A stretch of DNA of 64,000 nucleotides from Oikopleura dioica (lineage: Eukaryota; Animalia; Chordata): positions 5,022,001-5,086,000 of the forward strand of contig OU015569.1 of NCBI GenBank assembly GCA_907165135.1. The letters run 5' to 3'. A program made the position numbers and the translations under genes. Below the pieces are notes generated by a model. That model was given only the letters and a program-made list of their open reading frames with translations. It had not been told where the DNA came from and ran no database searches. Shown here one piece after another: positions 11,135-24,330 of this stretch (positions are counted from its first letter, which is position 1; the number at the start of each line of letters is the position of its first letter).

Positions 11135-12523
11135 AGAAAGAGCCCAAAAAAGGACAAAACCGAGGAAAAAGTGAAAATCAAAGACGCGCATCTAACAAAA
11201 CACGACAACAACCTGCGATCAGCCTATGTGTCCGTTATCGGTGATGACTTTGTCTCAGTCGGACTTTCCTTCACTCTCGGCTCGCCTGAAAACACTGGAG
11301 GCGGATTTAGTAAGATAGAAATAAAAAATTACCCTTATCATAGTCTCAATACATGTTATAATATATATCAATATTTGAGGGAGGCTTTCAGTCCCACATG
11401 GTCTAGGGGTTAGGATTTCGGATTTTCACTCCGACGGCCCGGGTTCGATTCCCGGTGTGGGAGGACTTTTTCGCTCTTCAACGGAATTCTAGAACATTTT
11501 TTATAAATATAATAACGATGCTTATACTACCACCCAAGAAATAATAATTGATTCTAGTGCCGCGAATCGGAAAAGACGCCTATCAAAACCTCCCAAGTCC
11601 GGTGATTCTCCGTCAAGAAGATGAGCGCTGCGGACTTTGCGCGACAGAAACCATCATCTTCGGTGATTTCGCGTCAACCTCGAAGCAATGGTTCACAATT
11701 CTAGTTTTCTTTTTTTGGAAAATCCATTTATTGTAAAAGCTGTTGTTGACCATTCGCCACAGAAAATCGCAGAGCTGCTGAATGTGTCTCCACCTCAAGG
11801 CTCGTTCAAGGAAGATTCGCAATCGAAGAGTCAAGACTGGCTTGCCAACTGGAGCCTCTCAAATCAGTTCCGCAATGACAAGTTTGAACGCTCGGAGCTG
11901 TAGATTTTCTTTCAATAAATAAAATTGCGCACTTTATCCTCTCTTTCTTTTAGCAATTTGATAAGACCTCGAGGATTTTCGTTTTTTCTAGTTATTACTA
12001 ACGCTGATGATTATCTTTGCACAGTAGGCGATCGCTTCCAGCCTGGAATCGAACAGGTACAGCGCCCTCTTTTGGCAAGCTTTTCTTGTAAAAATGATTC
12101 GCAGGGGTTGATGACACAAAAATGCCAATTGCGACTCGGTCAAAAATCAAATCTGGAGAGGCCAAACTTGCCAAGCCCTTCGACAACCCAGACTGGTCGA
12201 AAAAGATGCCGCTTGAGTATATTTCTTCGGAGAGCCGGTCAATCTCGTTCTACCTGAAGAGCAAAACTGGCCCAGCGCCGGAGACTCCGTGTCTTCTGGA
12301 ACTCAACTCACCGGGCAATTCATCGCTCAAGCAGAATGTTCTCTGCCTCAGAGAATTTCTTTCACGAACAAAGCGAAGTAGCAACGATGATTCCTCAGAC
12401 AAGATTCCAGAAACCGCAACTGATGAATCTGACGATCAATCCTCCCAGATTGAATACACCTTGTTTCCAGCGGACAACAACAACAAGGCCTCAATTAGAG
12501 TCACCTATTCGACCAATTCTTAA
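11135..12523 (+). CDS. Multi-exon hypothetical protein hosting an intronic tRNA (may be continuous with 10476-11103)
   Basis: Exons ...GSPENTGGGF / MPRIGKDAYQNLPSPVILRQEDERCGLC... join in frame across the GT-AG intron 11310-11557; ends ...RVTYSTNS*. Confidence 0.55.
11392..11463 (+). tRNA. trnE: tRNA-Glu(TTC)
   Basis: TCCCACATGGTCTAGGGGTTAGGATTTCGGATTTTCACTCCGACGGCCCGGGTTCGATTCCCGGTGTGGGAG: acceptor stem TCCCACA/TGTGGGA, anticodon stem TCGGA/TCCGA, TTC anticodon, T-run terminator just downstream. Confidence 0.95.
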
Positions 12524-14043
12524 ACAACCGAAGAAAAAAATGAAATGGAAAAAATCATTCAACTCTACTACCTTCATTTTAACTTCCAACAACAAAAATA
12601 ATTCAAAATCTGAAACCGAATTAACTGTACTTTTAACGAAAACGTTTTCGGCAGAATAAATTATTGAAAAATTGATCAAAAGCGGTGAACTTACTTGTTT
12701 ATACAGAAATGTGTGGAACTTTACTATTAATGTTTTGACGTTAACTCAATTATTTATCATAAAATGTGGCTATTGCTAGGCGAGCTGAAGATAACTCTGA
12801 GGAGAGAGAAAGAACAGCGTTATTAATAGAAAGATGCCAAGAAAATTCAAAAATAAGAAATAGAATTGAGATTTCTTGCCTAAATTAATTCTGAATTTCG
12901 GAAGATTCGGAGTCATCAAGCCAAACAGCCAAGAGCTCAAAGAAAAAGCCCAAGTTCTAGACGATTCGATACGATCTCCTGCTCTGCTTTTTCTCAGCAG
13001 CTACATCACCAGAGCATTTGCAGTAACTGTAATCATCGCATTGGTGTTTTTCCTTTGTTGTGCGACAAAGGTAAGAAATTTTCAAATAGATTTTTTAATG
13101 GTTTTTAGTGTTTTAGGCGGCGAGCGAAGTCGTTTGAGTATCTTAATCACAAGAAGGACGCAAAAATGAGAAAACTGTACAAATTTGAGAGAGAGCGGCT
13201 GATTTAATTTTGTTTCTGCTAAAGAAATATATATTATATAAATAATATATATCTATATCACATGTTACATATTGAAAAATATCCTCATCTGACAGAAAAT
13301 GGAAATAATTAGAGGAGGATATTATATCCTGGATATGGCCCGCTAAGGAAGACTGTTCAAGCATGGTGTCACAAGACCCACAGCTTGAGTTATATATTCA
13401 CTTTTTACGTACAATCAAAATCGATATTGGAAATTGCTCTGATTTACCTCTTCTTCCTTGATTTCAAAGCCACAATCTACCGTCATAATTTATCACCCAA
13501 GTCCCCAAAATCCTGGTCGAATTGAGAATACAACAGCAGAAGAGTGATACAGTAGATTAAACGAGCTGTTCTGGGCGCGCGTTGTGGAATGATTAAATGC
13601 CGATTGGAAGTGATCAGCAAAGGTAATTAATCGTGTTCAAGCCCTCAAAGGTAAAATCAATCACCCGGGCGACTAAGAGTCGTGTTCTTCTCATCTCTTT
13701 TCTCGATCATATAAAGTTGAACTCGCTTCTAAGAGACAAGAAGTTGTCGATAAAAGAAAAGGTTAGAAAACAATAATTTTCATGGAAAATATTAATAAAA
13801 GCCAATTCTTTAGACAAAAGATTAATAGTAGTTAATATTGATTAGCATTTCAAGGAGAAAAAGAAAATCTTCACTTTCAACGAGAGAAGCTTGGAAAGCA
13901 CAATCTTGTGACTCGTTGACAAATATCGATCTCGCTTAGCGCCACAAGTTGTCGACGAAAAGCATATTCTTTTTTGGATTTCTCAATCTCAAATACACGC
14001 ACACAATCAAGAGGTCGAGTTTTACGTCAAAGAAGAAAGGAAA

Positions 14044-15046
14044 ATGAAAGTGGGATATTCCATCTGTTTGTTGAGCTCAATTGCGGGCGCTGACAGTCGC
14101 ATCAGACTTGAAAAAGGGTAACTAAATTCAAAGACAGATAAGTGATGTCGATCTAAATGGAAATTCATTGTCAAAAATCACTACTTCGTCAATTAAATAT
14201 TTAGATATTATGGGCGACTATTCGTCAAAACTGTCCGGCCAGATGGAAAAACGACTTGGGCGACAGTATGTTCCAACGAGAAATCGCCAATTACGAAGAA
14301 ATTTGCAAACACAGTTTGCTTAAACATCAACAGCGAGTTAGAATCATTCTCGTGGAAGAACACCACCGATCCACGGACCAAAGGGTATCCATTGATTCAA
14401 GAGAAGAGTCTCTTCTGCGATGACGAGACTGACTTCTCCACTTGCTTTGGGAACTTCAAGTCTTCAGATTGTCGCGATCATCAGAATGACGTGGTGGTAT
14501 GAAACTGAAATAAAGAAACGAGAAACGCTTCATTATTTATGAAATCATTTCAATTCGGCCATTTTCGAGTCTGATTTTAGCTTTAGATCAACTGCAAAAA
14601 GCCTTTGTCTTTTGACAAATCGGTGCAATGGGCCGAGTGGAGCGAATGGGACTCTGATAGATTTTTCTTCAAGTGGCGATCCCGGAACTGCTCTTCTGAG
14701 CTCAGGTGATCTTTCGATCCGGCTCCTTTTTTCATTGCCTAGAACTTTCAACGAAGACATCGTCAGCTGCGCCCTCAAATTTCCAGATTCGGGCAACTGG
14801 TTCCACGGCGAGATTTGCAAAGAAGAAACTTGTTTCAAGGCCGATCTTCTGGACTACAGCACAGTCTTTGACGACTCGAGCACTGATTACATTCCAGACA
14901 ATTACATCTTCGACGACGAGGATTTTACGTCAGAGTCGTCTGGCGAAGCTGGTTTCACGCGACGAGGCAAACAATCCTCCGCAGCTTTTCTCACACTCAC
15001 TCCGTCACTGCTGTTATTTTTGTTTCTAAATACAATTTTAGCTTAA
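14044..15046 (+). CDS. Secreted or GPI-anchored SRCR-domain protein
   Basis: Signal peptide MKVGYSICLLSSIAG; SRCR-like IRLEKG..GRLFV...WATVCS...FANTVC...C.DE...C....C.DH.NDVV..C; then a WAEWSEW...RSRNC TSP1-like remnant and a hydrophobic C-terminal tail. Confidence 0.72.
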
Positions 15047-15196
15047 CCTCTCCGACCAATCAATAGAGACGAGTCAATGGATTTTGATCAAAATTTATTG
15101 TAGTTCATTCATAAAAAAAGAGCTTCTATCTCATTTCCGAGATTTGAATCGATAGAAACAGAGCAATAGTTACATGATGTTAGGAATGCAAGGGTC

Positions 15197-18100
15197 TTAG
15201 TCTTCGCACGTAAATCGCCAGGACATAGCTTTTGGTTTGATTCTTCTGTTGAGGACTTCATCGCACTTTCGATCCTCACACTGGTAGAAGCCGACTTTAT
15301 CTCCGAAGCGTGTGCATTTGAAGGAGATATCTTTCTTTCGCTGAAAAAAATAATCAGGGCGAAAGAATTCGCAGCTTGTAATTTTCTTACTTACAAGAAA
15401 TCCCGGTGATCTCAGACGACATTTTAATAGCTAGCATTTAATCTCGTTAATCTTAGACTTACCCATTTAAGGTTGGGGTCGTTATTACATCGATGGGAGA
15501 AGTATGTTCCGACCTTGAAGCCAGAGCTCTCTATAAAATGACGTTATGGAAATAATAAAAAATACGACTAGTTATTTTCCGCATCGTTGGCAGTTAAGGA
15601 TCGCAAAATGATTTTTAGACTATCGAGCCAAAGACATACGTTGAAGATCTTCGAGTTCGACTTTCCACCATTTGTTCCATCCGTCCATGTACCATTTCCA
15701 GTGATTGGACTCTTCGAAAACATTATCAAATGAGTCGAAAATATTCTTGCACGTTCCTTCGGTCTCATCATCCTCTTCTCCACAGTTCCACATAGCATTT
15801 TCAATGTCCAGTTCTTCATCAGTTGGATTCTCGCAGTCTTCATCCTCGCAGAGTACAATTTTGTCCTCGCTGTTGCACATGAATGCAATGTCCTGTGATG
15901 GATTCTTAAATAAATCACTATTTATTTTTGATTTTTTACGGAGCTCCATACCCATTTTTTAGGTTTGCAGTTGTACTGAAACTTAGTGTCTTCAGGAATT
16001 GCCCAGCCAACAGAGTCAGAATCTTAAACGAAAAATATTAACTTCCAAAAGGTTACTCAAGCAATCCTATTTGGCTCAAACTGATTTAGCAGCTGCGTAT
16101 CGTAATTATCTTTCAAAATTGGAAAGGTTAACGAGGTCAATGTCATTACTGCCAAAGAATATCTTCGAAATATTTTGAACGAAATCTTACTTTTGTTGAA
16201 AGAGAAGTAATTGTCCCAGTTGGGTCCCTTTCGCTTGAAGGTTCCAGGTCCATCGAAAACTTCAGGATTTTCTTCGAAGATTTTCGAACACTCGCCGTCG
16301 TAAACAGTAACAGTTGTTTCTTTTGAAGTTGTCGTGATTGACGACTCATCGACGGTGAATGAATCACTTTCTTGTATGCTCGCGACGACAGAATCTTTGA
16401 CCTGTTCTTCAATCGCAGCAAGATCGGGTGCCGGTGCGCCATCTCCTGTGTCTTCTTGTTCTTGCTGGACAGTAATATCAACAATAGCTTCAGTGTCGCC
16501 TGCTGCTCTTCGCTTTCGCCGCGAGCTACTTTGCTGAAAGCCAGTGCATTCGACGGTTGTTCCTTCGTCATTTAAAATAGCGGCAAGGTTAGCCTCGACA
16601 TCAGCCGCGGCATCTTTAAATTCGTCACTTTCCTTATCGTTGAGCTCTTCGCTCCACTCGACATCCGTTCCAAGAGTAGCAGTAACTACAACTTCGACGA
16701 CTTCGACGACTTCAGGACCATCACCTGATCCACCATCCGTCTAATTACGGTTGAAAATTATTCTTCCAGATTAACGTTCAACGTAAAATAATTAACCAAA
16801 TATGCTGAGAACAATCTTTAACCCTTTCCTGACGTCGTCTTCGGATTTCTATGCCTGTGTGAGGCTGCAGAGACTTGCAAGGGGCATATTCAAAAGTGAG
16901 AAGATTTCTGTTTTCGACGAATCCTTCTTTGCATGTGCACTGATAACCACCTTCGAGGTTGACGCAGTCTTGGGTCGAGTGACACATGTTCAAGTCGCAT
17001 TCGTTGATGTCGACGCAGGTTAGTGCGCCGGTGGGAAGTGTCTCGATGCTCATGTAACCTTCCATACACTGACAAGTCGTCTCAGACATGAAAACCAGTC
17101 ACGGGAACGGTCCTCGCGGCAAACCGCATGTTCGCCGCAGTATTTGTCCTCACATGAAGAATACGCCAGAGAACCTCCCAGCAGACCCTGAAGAAGTATA
17201 TGGTTACTACTGCAAATCATGAATTTAGGTTGGTCAATGTCGAATGGTCATTAAAATTACGAGAATAAATTTCAAAATTCGTTCAACGTGAAAAAGCAGT
17301 AAAAATATAAGAATTGCGTTCTCAAGGTCGCGACTTTATGGCCGGGAATTATGGTAATTCGTGACGTCGTTAAAGTTACGAGACTTAAATGGAATTTGGA
17401 GGATTTAACAAGCAATCCTTCTTTCAGCGAACAATAAACATTTCCTAGTTATTTGTCATCTGATTAACTAGCCTGTAGTGCCCCTGAAATTCGATTATTT
17501 CTGACTGAAAATTTTTCAGCATTTTTCGCATGCCTACGACACAAAGTCCTAGTGCACCTGGTCGAACAATTCATTTGATTTGAGTGACAAAAGTATTTAT
17601 TTCTCCAGTCATTTTTTGAAATTTATAAATAGCGATACCCTTTACCCGGGTATCTGGTTATTTGTGTTTGATTTTAAAATTCGAAATCGTATCTACGAAG
17701 TTGTCAATCAGTCGAAAATAATCGGAAAGTCGGTTATTAGAAGCTTACATAGACTTATGTTAACCGACGCTAAAGGCGGTCGAACTAAAAAAGCGTTTGA
17801 TCGTTATAGTCTATATTTATTACCGGTAGAGCTGTGTTTTTTATGAGGTGACCTTCTCAAAGCCAAAACGGGCTGACTTTTTGATTTATCAGCTCTATTT
17901 TTCACTTTCGGAAAAATTAAGTATCTATAGGAACCCTAAACAATGATTGAAAAGTTTACATATCGATTTCTTTCTGACAGCCTTTTGAAAAGTTTTTTTT
18001 TTTATTTGGAGACAATAAAGACACTCATTGAAACGGAATTCACAGCAAAAGTTAATGATCTTTCAGTCTCGAGCAGAGGTGGTAAATTTAAACGCACAGT

Positions 18101-18322
18101 AGTGAGCACTGAATTTCTAAATGTAAAAAAATTGGGAACTGAAAAAGTGACTCATTCCGTCACTTCTCTTAGTCCTCTTAATCCTTTTACTGGAAGATAA
18201 AAAGGAGTTTCCAGGGCTTTCATCAATAATTTTCAATAAAAAACATTCCCATCTTATCGATAAAAGAAAGTATACTGATCAAAACCCCCTAAAAAGTCAC
18301 TGCTTACCTGAAGAATCTTCAT
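15197..18322 (-). CDS. Secreted EGF / EGF-Ca + SEA-like domain + repeated Cys/Trp-rich domain protein
   Basis: First exon MKILQ (18322-18308) + GLLGGSLAYS signal; CVDINECDLNMCHSTQDCVNLEGGYQCTCKEGF (cbEGF); EELNDKESDEFKDAAADVEANLAAIL...RRKRR (SEA-like); two related C-terminal Cys units; stop at 15197. Confidence 0.72.
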
Positions 18323-18909
18323 AGTCGTTAGCTAAAATCTCTCCCTGTTCTAACTAAAGGACAACGATGCGGCTTTCGACTTGCTTTTGACGGTAAAGTT
18401 TTATCACCATCGGCCGAAGAGCGCTACACTCTCATTTTTTTCTATCCAGCTTGGCCAAAAACTATGGACTACGATAGCAACTGTCCTTCTGTGTTTAAAG
18501 GGCACATCGGAAAGAAAAAAAAAGACATAAAACCTGTAGCATTCCAAGTATTATTGTGCTCAATTCAAGCCTCCTTTGATAGAATTAATTTCTACGTTTC
18601 ATGCTTTTATTGAAAATTCTGCATTCTTGAATGTGTTCTTGAAGACGTTTGGCTAGCAAAGAATGTTAACAAGCACTAGCTTGAGGCGTGTCCGTTCTGA
18701 AAATCGTGATTTGAACTTTGGTCGCAAATATTTTGTTTGCCTTCCCAATAGTCCCTGCATATGGAAAAAAATACTTCTCAAAAAGACCGAGATTAAAGAG
18801 GAAGTATGGGCTGGCTTTTACCCGCTTTGAAACAGGTGCTCTTCTGACGACTGAAAGTCAAGGGACTAAGCGATAATAAGTTAAACGGTTTAGGATTTAT
18901 TTCTCATTC

Positions 18910-21875
18910 AATATGGGATCAGGCGGAAATTATTAGAGAGAAAGGCTCGAAGTCAAAATCTCACGATGCTGGATTTTCTGGAAGATTGGGCACGAAAACA
19001 GCCCAATACGTGAGTTTATATTCAAACGCTTGATTTAAGTTTTTTATGTACAAAAGAATGTGAAACAATCAGACTTGTCAGACGCTTTTTTAACAATCGA
19101 ATTTTAGCAACTTTCTGATCCAGGGGAAAGAAAAGCTCACTTACCAAGAAACTCTTAATGAAATGAACAAGGAACGGATTCCCAGAATAATATTTGTAGT
19201 AAATGGTTCATCATAAACTTTGATTTTCTGACGCCGCGCCAAATTCAATTGCGAATTCTTGCATCGATTATTAAATATTTGCTTCCCACTCCCAATTTCA
19301 AAACTTCTATCGCCATCAAAATTACTCCCCTGAAAAACTTATTAAATTTTTTTCTGAAAAATTTATAGCTGATCTTATTATGTTAATGAGTTCATTGGAA
19401 GTAAAAAAACACAAAGACTAGTTGATGACATAGAAATAATTCATGGCGATAAAACTCAACTGACTTTTATTGTTTAAAATTGTGGCTGGTTTTCGATGCG
19501 CCAAGAACCTTGAAAGTAGTAAATTGTAATCCGCAATAAGCGTGGCATGGCGATGCACGAAGATCTTGGAGCTCGCTACGGGACGAAGGAGAGGTCAATT
19601 TTGAAATTCTAGTCGCTCTTAGGTCAATGCTAATAATGGCAGACAGCCATCACGCGATTGTGTTGAACAAACAGAACCTCTAAAAGTACGCACTCTTCAT
19701 GCAAAACAGACTCGAGTTTGTGACGAACTGGTTTGGGCACGGTTTTAGCGCAGCTTTTCCAGTTATGGGTATTTCGGCGAAACAGGCGCAAGCGCTCGTT
19801 AAAACCAAGTAACAGGGGTCTTAATGTTGGCGCGACGCCGGCATTTGTTAACAATCAGTTGACGGGGAAGCAGCTTCTTCATTGTTTGAAGATTTCCGAC
19901 TCTGAGTTTATCATTTCCGATGGAGACGATGCACTCATGGAAGCTCTATTCGACGTTAGGGAAGACATTAAAAACATGGGACTAAGAATACTCGTTGACG
20001 ATAAAAATGTACAACTTCCCTGGGACGTGTTTCTATCAATAAAAACTAACAATAAAATGATAAATAAAAACAACGAATAAAAGCGACGAGTTCGAGCGAT
20101 TCACGGACATGTATGAGCCTCGCTTTCCAGCGCCGATTCCTCGAGAACTCGGCCGAGGCCAATTCAAGTCCACCGATCCCTGGTCGATTATTTTCACAAG
20201 TGGAACCACTGGATTGCCCAAGGCTTGCGGTCTCACCCACTGGTCAACGATGAAGATGAACACGACAAAGTTGATGCTTGGAATGAAACCTGGAGATGTG
20301 GCTTACTCGGCACTGCCTCTCTACCATGCCTATGCTTCTCAATTAGGAATGGCTTCAGTTGGAGCTTGTCTCAAAATTAAGATCATGTTTTTCGAAGCTT
20401 TGGAAAAGGAATCGCTGGCAGCATTCACGCGGGTGGCACTGTCGCCATTTCGGAAAAGTTCTCCGCCTCCAATTACTGGCGCGAAGTGTACGAGTGCAAC
20501 GCGAAATATATTCACTACATCGGCGAAATGATGCGCTACGTGGTAGAGGCGCCGGAAAGTCCCTACGACAAGACACACGGCGTACGGGTTGCTGCTGGCA
20601 GCCAACTGCGCTACGATGTCTGGCCGAAATTGACGGTAGGCTTAATTAGGGCGAATTCACGCTTTTTATTTTGATCAATAAATCGCTTTTAGAGTCGCTT
20701 CGGTGACTTTTGGGTGTATGAAATTTACGGATCTACGGAGGGAAACGTCCAGTTCGCGAATATTCTTAATGACGAAGGTAAATCGTTAAACGCTGATGGT
20801 GTCAAGGAATTTAAGTTTATCAAACCGTAAAAATATTTTTAATGTCGCCTTTGTGCTGACTTTAAATCAAATTATGCCCAAAACATCTTATAATCGAATC
20901 GGCGCTGTTAGTGACGCCATAAGTTTTCTAAATGGCAAACCCGCCCGAGAGTTCACGATAAAACCGCTTTAATGGTCTTGAGAAAGTGACGACTTTCTTT
21001 GGATTTACTCTCGTCGGACAGACGTGCTTAACATTTTCTAGCGACAATAATCCGCCTGACTCCTTTAATACAACTGACTACTGGCACTGCACTGGTTAAA
21101 TTCGACCCGATCGAGGAGAAAATCATCCGAAACGAGAAGGGTTTTGCGATGAAGGCTGACTTTGACGAGCCAGGGCTCCTCGTCGGCGCGATCCGTGATG
21201 ATTTGCCCTTTGAAGGATATTACAACGACGACGGAAAAACAGAGGAGAAAATTCTTCGGAATTTATTCAAAGAAGGTGACGCGTATTTTGACACAGGCGA
21301 CCTTCTGAAGATGGATCGCGAGTACAAGTTAACCTTCAGGTAAGCATTCTTTTTTGCCTAGCATGCTCATCGCTCTGTAAGTGACCGAGTTGGGGACACC
21401 TACAGGTGGAAGGGAGAAAATGTGTCGACTCTAGAAGTGGCGAATACAATCGGCGAAAATTGCGAATTCGTTCACGAAGCGAATGTTTATGGCATCAAAA
21501 TTCCTTGGGCCGAAGGAGCCTGTGGGGCTGCTGCAATCACTCTCAAATCTGGCAAGGGCGAGCTCACAGGTAATCGCAATTCCGTAAATAACCGTAACAA
21601 TAAACTTTTAAGAGACCGAGCGACAGGAACTGTTTGATATCATGACAAAGAACATGCCTGCGTATCAGCGACCCGTCTTCGTCCGAGTGCAGCCCGAGAT
21701 CGAAATGACTGGCACCTTCAAATTCCGCAAAGTGGAACTCGTTAACGAAGGATACGACGTGTCCAAATTCGAAGACGGCGTGTCGACGTACTTTTACTCG
21801 AAGCAAGACAAAAACTTCATACCATTGACGACGGAAATGGTCAAAAATATTGACTCGGGCGATTTGAAATTCTAA
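18910..21875 (+). CDS. SLC27A: Fatty acid transport protein / very-long-chain acyl-CoA synthetase (SLC27A family); start uncertain
   Basis: IIFTSGTTGLPKA AMP-binding motif, YIGEMMRY, EIYGSTEGN, YFDTGDLL, DRVGDTYRWKGENVSTLEV, PAYQRPVFVR...TGTFK. Confidence 0.93.
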
Positions 21876-22012
21876 TTAGATTTTTTAATAAATGTACAAA
21901 GACTATATTATAAACTTATGAACTATTGACTTATGAACAAGGTTTGGCTTTTAGTTGCAATGAAACTGGGCAGGTCAAAGTATGGCATTTCAGAAGAAGT
22001 AAGATGTATGTT

Positions 22013-23432
22013 TTACGCACTTCTCACGTTAACGTAATCAGAAGCAGGTCGTAATTTCTCAATGTCCCCGGCTATTTCGATTTCGGGTTCAGCGAGTGCT
22101 TTCCGCACTTGCTCCAATAACGACTTTTGCGAGTTGTCGAGGTTCGGCTCTTTGGCCACATCAACGAGGACCTGTTCTAGCGCTGCTCGCAGCTCCCAGT
22201 TCTGATTTTGTTTCGTTTCAAAGATCGTGCGCAACTGCTCGATCGTCTCGTCGTTCTCCTTCATGTCTTCAATTTTGCGCTTACGGCAGCGCGCCGCCGC
22301 GATTCTATTCTTCGATTTTCGACGAACTTCCCAAATTGCAGCACGTTGAGAATTCGTCAGTTTCAGCCGCTCGATTAGGTTCTCGAGATGTGATCGTGCG
22401 CAATTCGCAACTTCGTCATAATTCATTTCTTTTGAAAAAAACAATTAGCGAGTGAATATATGATCGAGTAATACTCAGTAGGCTCAGTAAGTTGTCAGTT
22501 TCTTCCAAAACTGGATCTCCTCTGTCGTCTCCTCTGTAGTCAATCTTTGGAATAGACATGATAGGGTCTTGTATCAGCACTTGAATGTTATTGCCAATCA
22601 AATGGTGTGGAATTCCTTCGATTTTCGGAACAAGCGGTCTTCCTTTTTTAGCTGGCCCTGATGCAGCTGATTCTACTGGGACAACGCCGAACGGGATCAC
22701 CTAGTGAAGGCGACTATTAAAACAGCTAAGAGTACGGAATGACAGTACTTTTGGTTGACTACTGATGTGAGAAGGCGAGAGCATGATTTGCTGAACACGA
22801 GGTAGAGTGGCCTGAGGAGGAGTGGCGGGGCAAGTTGGCTCTACTTCCGAAGTTGGAAGTGTCTTTTTCGAGTTAGTTAGATTAATGTCTTCCCGGATTT
22901 TATTGATGGATACTTCGTCAATATTCCGAATCTATTCAGGTCAATCAAATCATTCCAGCGCGTGAATCTTGCGATCTTTGACCTTTCCTGAAGCTTTTCG
23001 ATCGCCGTCGCCAGTCTGTCAAAGTCCGTCGCTGTGAAGGAGATTTTCCCGGTGTAGGCGAAGTCAACCAGCTGACTTATACTCGTCGGATCAGCTTTTT
23101 TGGTATTCTGATATGCCCCTTTTTCAATAAATCTTTCAGCAGATAAGATACCCTCCCATGCAGGAAATGTCGAGCTGTAGGTTGTGATTGTGATTGTCGG
23201 GCAGATTAATCACGTTTTCGAGGTAACCAGAACTGATGGAGAGAATGCATTTATGGGCGGAAATTGAAGTCTCCACGCCGTGATCGTCTTTGGAGACCAA
23301 GGTCATGTCGCACAAGTGCGGTGAGCTAAACAACTGTAGAGCGTTTGATTCGATTGATTTGGAATATTACCTTTTGCGCTGCTCCATTAGAGCTTTTTGG
23401 AGACCCTCCTGGTGCTGTTTCCACTCGTAACT
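22013..23432 (-). CDS. BACH: BTB + CNC-type bZIP transcription factor (BACH-like); first exon not located
   Basis: BTB: YEWKQHQEGLQKALMEQRKSSPHLCDMTLV...AHKCIL...LVDFAYTGKI; bZIP: EVRRKSKNRIAAARCRKRKIEDM (cf. BACH DIRRRSKNRIAAQRCRKRKL); one CP motif (PTCPATPP, about 22830). Confidence 0.85.
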
Positions 23433-24140
23433 TTCGAGGGTTACAAATTGAAATAAAAAAACAAGGCTCCCAAGGTGGTAACGCGTAAAACGACGAACTA
23501 CGCTATTTCCCCAATTACTAACTCTAGGCGTCGTAGTTTGACTTCACTGATCAAACACGGGCTTTTCGGGAATGTTCCGAAAACAAACAATAAATCAGCG
23601 AATTCATTTACAAAAAATCAAAAACATTTGATGCTATACTTTAAATACTAATATGCAATAAAGAAATAAAACTTTTAAAAATGTATTTAAACAATAAATA
23701 AGAAGATAAAATTTGGACTAAATTTGTAACCCAAATTATACGTCATGATAGATAGAAAATAAAAAAAAGATCAAAATTTTTCTGCTGCTTCCAAGAGATT
23801 CTCTACGGTAAACTACTGGAAGACGATTTTTTCCTTCGCGTCACGCCGTGTCACCTTACGTTGAGCCACCCGGAGCGCTTCTGGCTCGCTCATTGGCTGA
23901 GAGACGGTGAATCAGCTAAGCTTCTCTCTTGGAGGACTCTCCAGGAACTGTATTCTGGTGCTTTAGGTTGAAAATTTACGCGAAAAAAACCTGTTGATAA
24001 GATTTTTAAAATTCAATAATAATTTTACATAGTATTTTTAACCCCGAAGCGGCCTAGATACATCTTTACGATTATGAGACAAACACCATAAAGGCTAGCC
24101 GAATTTGAGAAATTGGGATTTTAGCAAAATTCCTATAGGT

Positions 24141-24330
24141 ATCGCTTCCGGCCTTTGTGGCTAAGATCAAGTGTAGTATCTGTTCTTCTCAGTGTGACAG
24201 CTGGGACCGTCCCTACTGGGACGTCTATTGTCACCCTGATTTTTGGAACTAGGGATGTAGTTAGGGGCTTGCTCCGCTCTTCCCACGGGTTGACTCGCTA
24301 TTGCAGTACCGGCGAGCTCGGCCCACTCCC
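24141..24330 (+). ncRNA. RNU2: U2 spliceosomal snRNA
   Basis: ATCGCTTC-CGGCCTTTGTGGCTAAGATCAAGTGTAGTATCTGTTCTT, Sm site GATTTTTGG (about 24238), GCTTGCTCC loop and ATTGCAGTAC 3' loop; possible PSE CACCATAAAGGCTAG near 24085. Confidence 0.93.

Noticed and set aside
12780-13750. Possible small genes or zinc finger (CSNCNHRIGVFPLLC)
   Set aside because: Competing frames and no complete motif; not supportable.
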